The notes under the pieces: model-generated
Told to the model about the DNA's origin: nothing
The model's database searches: none
Seen by the model: the letters and a program-made list of their open reading frames with translations, nothing else
Origin: the human T2T-CHM13v2.0 reference genome, Homo sapiens
Strand: one strand, 5' to 3'
Length of the DNA: 64,000 bases
NCBI RefSeq assembly: GCF_009914755.1
Contig: NC_060933.1
Program-made: the position numbers and the translations under genes
Part shown: piece by piece, positions 51,520-64,000 of the stretch
How positions within the stretch are numbered: position 1 is the stretch's first letter
Layout: every line of letters starts with the position of its first letter

Positions 51520-54024
51520 CTGAAACGCAAGCATGGCATTGAGCACAAGTTCCTTTGGGCACAAGTTCCACAGATCATTCCAACCCAGCTAGAACCTCAC
51601 TCAGCCTGGCTTCCTAAGACAAATGCCTTTAACTCTTAAGGCCACCTGTAGAATCTTTCAAGCAAACATTTGGAATGCACTGTTGGGCTGAAGCTCTTCT
51701 ACCTTAGAGGAATTTCCAAGCTTGTTAGTGTGTAATGTTTTTATTATGTGCTTTAGTATCTGAAGTGGGAAGGCTTCTTACCTTCCCTAGACTCTCTGAA
51801 GAGTCCTGGACATTCAAGGCCTGACCTTCAGGGGAGGTTCCTACCCTAGACTCTCCCGTCGGCATTTAAATGCATCTTCTTTAACTTCCTTTATCCTATA
51901 TTTTCTTCTGTTTTCACACTGGTTAAAATCTTGCAGAATGCTCTTAAAAAGGCCCGCTTAAAAATGCATCCATCTATCTGTCTTTCCAATAGAGAAATAC
52001 ATGCACATTTAGATCTTATTATCCTGGCTAGGTAGACAGTGTTCCATAGTTGGATATACTTAACTATTTCTATTGTTGATCTTTGCAGTAAATGGAAAAA
52101 CTGGAAGTGAATGATGTTATGAAAATGTTAGAAAATACAACACAAAACTCCAAAAAAGAAAAAATATGAGAAAAGAGTAATATTTGAAAATAATCATCAA
52201 CCTTTTGATAATCTTATTTCATCTATTCCTTTCAATTTTTTTTCCATTCAATGTAGTTTTCCTTGGGGTCCCATGTGGTTCTTTTCTATGATCCTCCACT
52301 CCTTTCATGATGGCTTACTTTTTTCTTCTTTCTCCTTGCCTCATAATACATTTAAGTCAACAGATTATTTTCTTGGAGTATAATATGCTTTTGAAAATAT
52401 AATAATGAAATCTTAGTTCCGTACATTATTGGAGGGAGCATTGTGGCTCTGCTGTTAACTCTCTACATTTCCTTGTGTCTGTCTCCTCAACCGTAAAATG
52501 TGAATGTCATTGTGTACTTCACTGGGCTATTGTGAAGATTAAGTGAGTCATTGGATAAGGAAGTCCATCTCTAACGTTTTAAAGCACTTTATAAGTGTCA
52601 GTTATTATTGATATCACTATTCTGGTTTTGATGGAAAAAAAGGGATTAATAGAGGAAGTACCCCAGGATTTCTTCCACAAACACTAAATAATGGAGAATG
52701 CAGAACAAACCCATGGACTTTGGACCCTTATTCCTGTGTGCCTTCCTCTACTAGAACTGCCTCTTCTTGAGATTGGAAGGCTTCATCCCTTATTAAAGAA
52801 ATGAACCACCTATCAAAAGAGAGGGAAGGTGCTATTTAAGTTTCTTCTTAGCTCTCTTTAAGTAAAACCAGGGTGAACTGATACATCCAACCTACTATGC
52901 TCTCAACCCTTCTCATTTCCCATTAGGACCCACAATGTAGCCTGTGTAACTGCTCAGATCACCCTTGCTGGGACACTGGGAGGCCTATTCTATGGTTGTT
53001 ATGAATATTGCCAAAGAATGTCTTAACCGTCCATAAAGATACATACTGGCCCTCTAGGAGTCTATCATCCAAGATAGATCAAATGCAGATTTATGGACAG
53101 GGCATATTCATAGTAGAAAACAAAATAATATCCTTTATAAGCAGACTAGAGTGCACTTTATATAGAATCAAAAGAAAAATCCACATACGGTTTGGAAGGA
53201 AGATTAAATGCTTGTTATTAGTATAGACTAGGAAAATACCTAAGGAAATTCCACGTCAAGCCAGAAGAAGAAAGAATGGAAAGCTATTGTCTTTTTCCCT
53301 TTTGATGCCCAAAGGCATGGTTTCAATAGACAGGCAGGCAAAGAACCCAAACAGACCACTCATAAATACTCATATAATTGATCATCCAATATGAGCAAAC
53401 TGTAAACTCTCAAGCCCACAAAGAAATACAAATCAAAACAATGATAAAATGTCACATTCTACCTATCACATTGGCAAAGATTCCTAAAAATCATTCTCAA
53501 CACTGAAGTGTGAATGAAGAAGGCATTTCTATGTAATGTTGTAGACATTGCAAGAGAGTACAAGCCTTTTGGAAAACAGTTTGACAACCTGTATCTAGAA
53601 CCCTAAAAGTGTTCAGACTATTGGATTAAGGAAATACACTTCTGATAAAGTATCCTGAAAATATATTCTGAAGAACATTAAGAAATTCTGCACAGGGACA
53701 GCGATTGCAGCGCTAGTGATCAAAACAGAAAACTGAAGAGCCAAAATGGCCAACCATAAGAGAATGTCTAAGCAAACAGTGGTACATTTATGTGATGGGA
53801 ATTTTAAATAGGTATTAAAACAATATTTATAATAAGCTTTTAACAACATGGAAAGACCATTATAAGGTTCATGTTTCAAAAAGCATGATACAAAATTGAA
53901 TACAAAGCCTAGGATCAGTTGTATGGATGCCTATGTTACAGAATAAAGATGGCAAGTTAGCATATCTATAGTTGTCTTTGGGTATTTTTTTTTTGCCTGT
54001 ATATTTTTTCTAAATTTTAGCAAT

Positions 54025-54200
54025 AGTGAAGAGCAAGTACTCTGGATCCTGGGGTTCAAATCCTAGCTCAACTACTTACCAACTGTGTAGTCTTGGCAAA
54101 TTACTTAGCTTCTTGGTGCCTCAGTTTTCCAATTTGTAAAATCAGGTTAATAATAGTAATTACATCATACTGCGTTATAAAGATTAAATGAGTTAATACT
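54025..54200 (+). mobile_element. MIR SINE
   Basis: ggttcaaatcctagctca...cttggcaaattactta...gcctcagttttcc...agattaaatgagttaata. Confidence 0.8.
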
Positions 54201-56369
54201 TACATATTATACAATTTTATAATTAGCATTTATATAATATATAATTTAATAATATAAATTACATAGTATATATGTTTGCTAAATAAAAAATAAAATTATT
54301 TTATAATGACTGTATTTCTTAAAAATAAAAGTTTATTGAGGAAAATAAAATTTCCAAAAAGAACAAGTAAGTTATTTAACAATAACCAATGTAAGAAAGG
54401 ACAAAGCAGCAGGTATGTGGCATACCCCCTGTTCCTAGGTGGAATCTTCAACAGTTTTGGCCTTTTGAAGACCTGAGCTGTATACCTCTTCTTGCTCATG
54501 GCTCCTCAATCCTGCACTAATTGACACACAGACTAATTTCTTCATTTACCCTATTGGGGGCTCCAAACAGCAACATGTCTGAGTGGTTTGAGGGAACCTG
54601 GAATGTGGAGATGTATAGTTTCAGTAGTTCCTTGGACTGATCTTGACTTTGATACCTGGAGGCCAGGCACAGGCAAATATGGCAGTATCATCAGGAGGAA
54701 AACGTTAGCATAAACCGCCATGGTTGGTCTACTAGAATGTAATCTCTCCTGAGCAAAATAGACAATATTTGCTATCTATATCTTTATGCAAACTCTCCTC
54801 ATATTTGTCACCCATAAATTTCCTGATAGCACTCCTCAGCGTAATATCAACCTTCCAAGAAAAGATTTTTTCACTAAACTCCCACAACTTCACAAATAGG
54901 GACATTAATCATTCGGGGACAATGATAGAGACTTTCACTGGCCTTTCATGAAAACCAATTTATTCACCCTTTCCTATCTTCTCTCATTTTACTAAGAGGG
55001 AACAGAAGTGTCAAATGCTTTAGTCTATATTCAAGTGTTGTGATATATGAGAGTATAAAAGGTTTGTGATGTGGCAAAATACACCTAGAAAAGTTAAATA
55101 TCAAATCCAACATTCTGGGCTTCATCTCCTAGTCTGGATCTGAGCGAGGAGGACAGAGTAGACTCTAATTCCTGCCTGTGGGTGTCTTGGCTGACACAGG
55201 AAACTGTCAAAACCAGAATGGCCCCACAAGCATGTTTTATCACTCTAACAGCCAACTCAAGAAAAGAAAATCCTCTTTATTAAATCTCTCCAAGTAGCCA
55301 GTTACTAGAGATGCCAAATACACTGGTGTGGATGGTTTTCATATATTCTCTTCCCAGCACTATTTTCACAAACCAACACTTTTTAAAAAATTCCGTTAGG
55401 GTCTTGCCACACACACAAATCCAGAGAAGGCCTAACTCATTTTCTGATGAATGGCTCCTGCATTCCAGCGGTTGGATTTCACATAGCAAATTTGGAAATA
55501 ACACTACTTCTCGGACCCAAAGCAAAATGAGGCAAGATGTTAACACATTTTGTGGGCGTAAAACCTGAGAGTGGTGGCAAGGTCAGCCAATCTGTCCGTC
55601 AGTCAATAGTGGCTATCAAGTGCTGGTTAGGGTGCTATTGCTGAAACCAAAGAAATGTAAGACATCATCCTTGTCTTTGAGGATTGATAACACAGCTGGA
55701 GTGAGAACACATGCATTTATAGTAGCATAAGAACATACATATAAATGTAAGTTGGCAATAAATGTTAGTTGTTATTATACATTTAATTTCAGAATCACCC
55801 CTCTACTTTAAAAGTTATTTTGCCTTCAAGAATGGAGGAGTGGAGGAACTTGCAGATAAATGTATTCCACCTAAACTGCAGTTCCCAAAGGTCAAGGAGA
55901 ATCATTCCTCCTTCTCTCAGTTTTGGGAAGTTTTTTTTCCCCCTCCTAAAAACAAACTTGTTCTAATTATAAGAATATTTGAGGCTAATTATAAACTAGA
56001 AAATGCAGACTAGTATAAACAAAGAAGGCAAAAATTATTTTTTATTTCCATGATTCAGAAATGGCCAGCTATATACCCACAAAACTGAAACGTTTTATAC
56101 ATTTATCTTCTGTTTTTGCCTCTAATATCATGCATGAGTTTCTTCACATTCATTCATTCTTAGAAGGCTTTTTCTTTTTCTTTTAGTCACGGAGTCACTA
56201 GTGTCTCTGTGATGACAGGTTAAAGAGTTCACGGTCCCTTTTGCTAATGATGATAAAGCAGCCCCATAAAGCTTTGGATTTCGTTTCCAAACTAGAAAGG
56301 GAGTGGGGAAGGTTAGAGGAGAAAGGAATTACATGAGTAAATATGATAATAGAAGGATACCCTCTAGGG

Positions 56370-56564
56370 CCATGCTGTCCAAGAGAACTTTCCATGATGA
56401 TGAAAATGCTCTTTATCTGTGCTGTCCAATACAGTAGCTACATGTGGTTATTACATCTTTGAAATGCGGCTAGTGTGACTGAAGAACTGACTTTTAAATT
56501 TTATTGAATTTTAATTAATTCAAATTTAAATAGCCACTCATGGCTATTGTACCTGACAGCACAG
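56370..56564. mobile_element. MER3 (hAT-Charlie)
   Basis: gctgtccaa...gtgctgtccaata...gacagcacag, with 8-bp TSD CTCTAGGG at 56362-56369 and 56565-56572. Confidence 0.85.
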
Positions 56565-59274
56565 CTCTAGGGCAATCTGAATTCCCAGGTCTAGCCAACT
56601 TTGTTTCAAGAGTATTTCAAATTAAATTCTAGAAAGAAAAACACATGACCCACCCCAAGTTTAAATAAAGCAACATGAATAATCTTAGGCTCCTGGCCTT
56701 CAAGATAGAAAGTATATTAGATTTTTTAATACATCTATCTTTTCCTTGCAAATTTGCCACTTCAATCTTTGTGGAAGGAACCAGAATATAAATACATTAA
56801 TAAGTAAAGAATGGTCCCTCAACTCCCAACCCCTCAAGAAGCTGAGGAATGTTTTAGGCTAAACTGCCAGGGCACTCCAACCCTCCTAGAGGTACTATGT
56901 TCCCTTCTGAAGCAGCAGCAGAAGAAAGAAATGTGTCACCCACTTTCTTCACTTCAGATTGCAGGCCTAGCTCTCCATGTGCACCAGGGTGGCGATGTGC
57001 CCTTGTGGGTCTCCATTTATCCTACCATATGATGGTGGAGTGTCAACACAGAAGGCTCTACCCAACTGTTGAGGAACATGGATGGTGATTAATACCATCA
57101 GCCTACACTTCGTCAAAGGGATAAGTCATGATCTGTGTACTTAGTAGGTTTGTTTATGCAGCAGATGGCCTTGCAAAACAAAATGCTTGTTTTCCTTTAC
57201 AGTGAGGCTGGGGAACCACCACCAAACTGTGGGCACTAGGAAAAGTGCTACATGGACAACACTCAGAATCGAGACAGCCCCTTCCCTGCAGTAGGCTCAG
57301 ACTGGACCATGATGACAACTCATAGGTCCAGAAGGTCCACATATGACAATAGGAACCCCTCAAAAACATCAGGAAGGTTCCCCAGAATTTCCCCCTCCAG
57401 AGTGTGACCTAGTCAGGCTTGGCAGGATCCTCTAGGAGACTCCTTGGAAATAATGCTGGGTGTTCCAAGACCCCTTGATATGTCAGATGGGAAAACCCTT
57501 TAACTCCATGTGATGCAGACTGTATCAATTCAGGGATCCAGGCTAAGTGCTATAGTTTTTCAGCCACTACCCAAATCTCAGGAGTCATCTATTGTTTGAC
57601 TTTTCAGAAGAAACAGTGACTAATGTGTGTGCTTGCCTTTGCTGCAATCATTGTAATTTAGCAAAATGAGGGTGTTAACAGTATCTACTTGTAATCACAA
57701 AGACTAAAGAGGATTAACAGAGACCATCCAATGTAAAGTGCTGGGCATGTGCCTGACACACAGTTCACACCCTATAACTGTTACTTTTACTTTTTTCTTT
57801 TTCTATTCTTCTAATAACATAAGCATTTCAATTTCTATGCTTTCATTTACTTGACAACTATTCACTAAGCACTTATTCAAGTGTTGGGGATATAGTGGTA
57901 AATAAATCACACTCCATGCCTTTTTGGAGCCTGCATTTTAGTGAGAAAGAAAGACAAACATATAAATGAGAAATCAAGTAACATAATTTCATACTACATA
58001 TGACAATAGAAAATTTTCTTTACGGGATACATAGAGATGTAATTCTCTTTTCTGGAATGCATTCAAGATAGGAAGAATGAAAAGGAACAAATAAGGAAGT
58101 TTTGACTGTGGTTCCCTTTGTTTGGCCCTGTCTGCTGATGGCAGGTATAGTCAGGAGGCCACCCCACAGCTCTGCTGAGAACCAGCCCTGGCAGAGCAGA
58201 TTTCCTGCCGTTGGTGCTAAGCAGTTTGTGCCTGGGTAGAAGAATAAGCAGATATCAGCGGCAGAGGCAGAATTGGCAGCCCCTCAGTTTCTTGGTCGTA
58301 TGGCTGTTTGCTAGCCAAGTGGAAGGAAGGATGTATATTTATGAGCTTTACAGCTCTAATTATTTTTCCGCAGAGACTATAATTTTGTGGGTTACTACTT
58401 TAGGAAGTGTAGCGATTTTGGCCCCAGTCATATGGTGGCTGCATATGCAGGGACATGTAGAAGCATAAGTGATGAATGGGTGGACTCAAACCAGGACCCC
58501 AAGGACAGGGACACAGAAGATGCATGACCCCACTCTCCTTTGCCTTCAGATTTCTTCTTTTCCAGCACTCTATGGCTCTTTGTGGATTCCCCTACTCTTT
58601 TGGGGCCCTTGGCCTACCACCTTTGAATACTTCTCATAAACCAAGTCCAGGGAAAGAAAAGAGGAAAAGATGGTACAAAACCAGTGAAGCCCCTAGGGCA
58701 ACTCGCTCCTTGGTTTAGGGACAGTGGTGGTATCCCCTAAGACCCAGCAAGACGAGAGCCATATGCTGACAGCCACACCAGGGTTGCTGTTTCCCCCAAA
58801 TACTAGTGGCTCCACACTTCCACAGCCAACTGCCAACATCTCACCACCGCTCACCACCATCCCCTTCCATACTTCTGCTGTTCGTCTTCTTCTTCCTCTC
58901 TGTGACCCTATGTTAAAGGACAATCTCAGCATTCTGCTTGTTAGTTAAGCCAGAGCAAATGAAGGACAACAATCCTGGATCTGGAGGACCCCAGCCTAAT
59001 GTGCAAGTCTAGAAGTTCTGGTCACCTGGAAAAGAATTCACCCTATGCCTCTGGGCTGCTTTACAAGTTGGAATATTCCCACAGAATAAGGATATTGTTG
59101 CTCAATCCACTTCAGGGTCACCAAGTCTCATATGTCACATCCATTGTAACCAAAGGCACTGACCTACGACAGGTCTGAAAAGGTGGCTATTTTCAAGAAG
59201 CACTGACCTGCACCACATAAGGCCCTTCATACTACTAACTAAGACGAATTGGAGCATCTTTGGTTACACACCTA

Positions 59275-60115
59275 TTATAATGGTGAAAACTGAAACCAGT
59301 GATAACACCAAATGCTGGCAAGGATGTGGAGCAATGGGAACTCTCTTTCACTGCAAAATGGTACAGCCACTTTAGAAGACAGGTTGGCAGTATCTTGCAA
59401 AACTAAACATATGCTTACCATAGGATTCAGCAATTGTGTCCTCTTATATTTACCCAAAGGGTTGGAAAACTTATGTCCATACAAATCCCTGTACATGTAT
59501 GTTTATAGTAGCATTATTCATCACTGCCAAAATTTGGAAGCAACCGAGATTTCCTTCAGTAGGCAAACGAATAAATAAACTGCAGTACATGCAGGCAATG
59601 GAATATTATTCAGCACTAAAAAGAAATGACCTATTAAGCCATGAAAAGACACGGAGGGAATTTCAATTTAAATGCATATTGCTGAGTGAAAGAAGCCAAT
59701 CCGAAAAGGCTACATGCTGCATGACTCCAACTATACAACATTCTGGAAAAGGCAAAATTATAGAGACAGTATAAGTCCGTGGTTTCCACAGGTTGGGGGG
59801 AGGGAAGGACGAGCACAGAGGTAGCGAAGCTATTCCGTATGATGCTACCATGGTGGATAGATGCCATTATACATTCGTTAAAACTCATAGGCTGTACAAG
59901 AGTGACCCCTAATATCAGCTGTGGACTTTGAGTGAAACTGATGTGTCATTGTAGGTTTATTGATTGTAACAAAGGCACCACTCTGGTGTGGTATGTTGGT
60001 AGTGGGAGAGATTGTGTGTGGAGGGGGTGGGGGGAGGAGGGTGTGTGGGAACTCCCTGCACTTTCCACTACATTTTTCTGTGAACCCAAAACTGCTCTGA
60101 AATAGTCTATTAAAT
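59275..60115 (+). mobile_element. L1MC-type 3' fragment
   Basis: Contains caccaaatgctggcaaggatgtggagcaa, gtgaaagaagccaatc, aacattctggaaaaggcaaa and gtgaacccaaaactgctct. Confidence 0.85.
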
Positions 60116-60149
60116 GGGTGGGCATGTATCTCTGTATTATATGCCTTCC

Positions 60150-60275
60150 CCACCAAAATATGTATTCCATGAAGGCAGACACCTTGTCCAGTTTGTTAAT
60201 TATTGTATCCATAGCACTAAGACTAGTACCTGGCATGTAGTAAGCATTCAATATGTATTTGTTGACTGAATAAAT
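60150..60275. mobile_element. L2 3' end
   Basis: tccatgaaggcagacacc...tacctggcatgtagtaagcattcaata...tttgttgactgaataaatg. Confidence 0.7.
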
Positions 60276-63200
60276 GTAAGGAAATCTTAGTTACTTTAAT
60301 AAGAATTAAAATACAGCCCTTTTACTGAGGTGATATCTTTCTTATTTCCATACACCCCAGTACTTAAGAGAGACCTACAGTCCTCAGCTCTCTGTGGGAC
60401 TGGCTCATCCCTGGCCAACCCACACTTTCTTCCTGCTGAGAAGATTCTTTGGTTTCACTTAGCCTTGGAGTGCAAAGTCAGAGGGTAGAATAAAGGAAGG
60501 TTTGCTGAATCCAGGGATTCTGCTTCCTGGTGAATGGAATGGGCATGGGAAAGCAGATGACAAAGACAACAGCAAGTATAAGAAGAATCCCTGCTGAAAA
60601 TACGCTTCCACACAGCCTAGGAGTGGGAGGTTTACTTGGGTCAGTTAGGTGCTTCCCAGGGATTCAAACACTCCCTGTCTAGGTTAAAGCTCTCAATCAC
60701 TAATGGTAGTTATGAATTCCCCCAACCAACTACACTAAACAGTCTTTGAAAATACAAATTTTGATGGGAAAGGAAAAGAAAAGGGACAGAGGAGAAAGAA
60801 GATAAATGTCCTCACTCCCCTTGGCTCCCTTCATTTCTTCTCCAACACTCGGGATATTTGTGGAGCCCTTGCTCTCTGGGGACCCTTGACCTGCTGCCTT
60901 GGAAAACCTTCTGTAATCCACGACAGACCCAATGAGAAAAAAAGAACACACAGATAACGTTGCTGAAAAAGCTCCTAGAGGGCATAAGAATATAGTCTTT
61001 GGGGTCGCATCTACTCAGCCTAATTCTATACATTCAAACTTTGAAATCAGAGAAAGGCCCAGGGAATCATACACTCACTACCTACATGGTACCTTAATAT
61101 TAGAATACCATAAAAATTTCTTCTTAAGTAGCCTTCTGACATTTTTGTCCTGTAAGCAGGTACTTCAAACAAATGTTCCCATTTTAGACAATGAGATGGA
61201 AGCAGAGGAAATGTTGAGTGCCTTGCCTTTATAACCAATACTTTGTTTATATGATATCATGTCAATAAAAGTGCAAAATTCATCCAACCATTCTAATATT
61301 TCTAAATATCTAGATATTTGGAATTATTTGTGGATGGAGCCTTTGTATTAAAACAAATGGGCAGCAGAATGAAAACAGCAATCACACAATCTCCTACTAA
61401 GTCCAGAGCTTTCTTACTGGCGGGTTCCTTGCTTTGGCATTTTGGAAAAATATTTTGGTTAGTGTTATACCAACCACTCAGAATTCTGTCATAAGGAAGG
61501 AAAGGAACTAATAGTTATTTACTCAGAGACAGGCATTGCCCCAGGTGTTTTACATAGAAAATCTTCATCATTAAAACAACTTTTTGGTTAAGTAATATTG
61601 TCCCAAGTTTACAGCCAAAAAAAAAAAAGGGGGGAGAAGTTAAAATAACTGAATTTATCCAAATCCTCATAGCTACCATGTTTCAGAACCAGGACTCAAA
61701 TTTTTATCTATTCAAGGACATAGTTCATGTCAGATTACTGGGGCTCAGGCTCATGACCAAATCAATTTAAATACAATCTTGCCACTTTTGTTGAGGTTTC
61801 TCACTGCCAGGTTGAAGGCAAAGTTACCCAGACTGCATCAACATTTTGGAAAGTGCAGATATTCTCATTAGGGAGAAAAGTATTTAATTAATTAGTAAAA
61901 TTGATCAAATCACCTAATCACTGAAAAATTCTACAAACCCTGAAGTGTAGAAACAGAGACACTTCAGAAATTTCTCATGGCCAATTTTCTGATTTAGCCC
62001 CTCTTTTATTTCCATCCATTGCATTAACGACTTGGATTTGTGTCTGAATCCCAGATGACCCATTAACGAATTGTGTGTCTTTGGATGAATGATTTTTTCT
62101 TGAGCGTCATTTTCTTTGAAATTTTATAGGGTTGTGGAAAATATTATGTATAACAGTGTTTATAAAAGCATTTGGTGCATTCTCTGGCACATAGTAGGCC
62201 TTAAGTTCAACTATGTAACCATGAAATAAGCTTAGAAATATGTAGAGGTTCTGTGTAACACATAAGCAGTTCTTAAGTAATTTTTATTACACAACCTACT
62301 ACCATTAAGTATAAAATCATACTGCTCTTAAAAGTGAAATTGCCACAATTTGGTTATCATTTTTGCCTTGGCTGCTTGTCTTGGCCATCAGTACCATCCA
62401 GCTCTTCATCTGAGGTAGGAGTCTACTAAGCATCCTCCTGGAAGAGGTATAAAAACTGACTCTTCATTTTAATACAGAGTCTATAAATGGGGAAGCTGCA
62501 GGAACAGCTCACAGACTGTGTTAGGAAGACAGATTTTTCTGCGGGCTGAGAACTGAACCAGCTTGCAAAGCACTCGAGCTATTTACGACTGACATTTAAG
62601 CAACTACTCTACTAAGAAAGAGGAAGATAATGGAAATAATAACCCTGAAAATTCCATTGAGGCACATTTCTTTTGAAGGAACCCATGACAGTGGTTCAAA
62701 AGTTGACCACTGGAGCAACCGCCTGGTCCCTTTGTCCTTGGAGAGATGGGTCGTAGCATGAAGGCTTCTAATTAGAAAAGTCCACGTGGTTCCAAGAAGC
62801 AAGGCCATTTTCATCTACAGCTCTTGCTGCCAACTTGCAGGCCACAGCGAGCTGCACTCTGAACATGCTGGGTACTTTCTCCACTTGTGCCCCTCACAGC
62901 ACCTCATCTGGTCTGCAGCAAGCTGGAAACAGCATTTATCACTGTGAACCACATTTTGGCCCTTAGACTTATATACTCATTTCCAGGGACGAGGTAGCAG
63001 AGAAGGAGGAGGTTCTGCTACTCACATCTGCAAAAGGTTCAAACAAGGGGATGGGAACGGGCAGAGCAGGTGGCTAAAAGCGACAATAGGGAAATAGGGG
63101 GGAAAAAACCGAGTGAGAAGGCAGCATGCTTAAAGCACTCTTGATTAAAAGATGTAATCAGTTTTCATTTGAATATCCCCAAACCACCCAAAACCCTAGT

Positions 63201-64000
63201 GCGTGGTGGCCTATGGCTTCCAAATTCTCAAAATGATAAGCTGCCAAAGCAAACTAATTGCAGTGTGTCTCAGTAATTGCCATGTGTGGATATATACAGT
63301 TATAGTAAAATGGTTCAGTGAGTCCTGATGGTGATAATGCACATTTGGAAAATACATAAAATAGAGATTCTCAAAACCAAGAACTCCTGAGGGTCCGAGA
63401 TGGATCTGAAAGCCAGCTCTGCCATGTACTAGCTGTGTGGCTTTGAGGGAACTCTAGCCTCTCTGAGCCTATGATCCCTATTTATAAAAAGAGAAAGTAA
63501 CACTCACATGGCATCAGAATCCTCAACGTGGGAAGGAGAAGCAGCACAGGGAACAAAGGATTCAGTGCCCAGCTACCCATTAGTAGCCACCCACATTCCA
63601 TCACCTGCCAACTACTCCCTATAACTCAAAATTCCTGGATACAAGTAAGGATCAGAATGAAGGGTGGAGGATTTGGATATTCTGTATCTGATGCAGTGTG
63701 GAGCAAACACTTTGCCAAGGTTGACAAGAAAGAGTTGGGAATTTTTCTATGAGGGGGAACACTGGTTGCTAGTATATATGTATCCCTACTGGGTGGCTGC
63801 AAGGATCAACTGAAATAATAAACACGAAAGTATTTTGCCAACAGTAAAACCCACTAAAAATTCTAGCTCCTGCTGTCTCATTATAAGCCTGGTGTTACCT
63901 GTCATCCTCCCTTCTCTGAGTAGAAAGGTAAATCTGCCCATGGTTCTATCAGTCATTTTCCCATAAACTCACAAGCAATCTTTTGACCAGGGCTACTTGG

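Larger units (their letters stand above)
51520..64000 (-). other. GLIS3: GLIS3 intron, continuing beyond the window
   Basis: Lies upstream of the acceptor at 51520-51521. Contains MIR/L1/L2/MER3 fragments and no further recognisable GLIS3 exon. Confidence 0.8.

Overview
Primate (most likely human) genomic DNA, rich in repeats. The minus strand carries the 3' end of GLIS3, recognised from its translated C-terminus (...GFYGQLQKFCPPHYPDSQ...ISTVDRCPSQLSSVYTEG*). This comprises a 183-nt penultimate exon (51337-51519), the terminal exon with its stop at 50299-50301, and a ~4.1-kb 3'UTR ending near 46155. From 51520 to 64000 is intron. The left ~46 kb is intergenic. It holds a two-LTR HERV-H provirus with intact TSDs (32916-38784), a complete THE1 retroelement inserted antiparallel inside another complete THE1 (8588-13190), a near full-length Tigger4-type DNA transposon (22174-24863), Alus, and L1/L2/MIR/MER fragments. 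I found no convincing new protein-coding gene or new biological system. The best leads are structural or regulatory: the THE1-in-THE1 inverted repeat, the HERV-H downstream of GLIS3 with two internal rearrangements, an in-frame skippable PPxY exon, and motif clusters in the UTR. Repeat subfamily names come from remembered consensus sequences, not from a database search.
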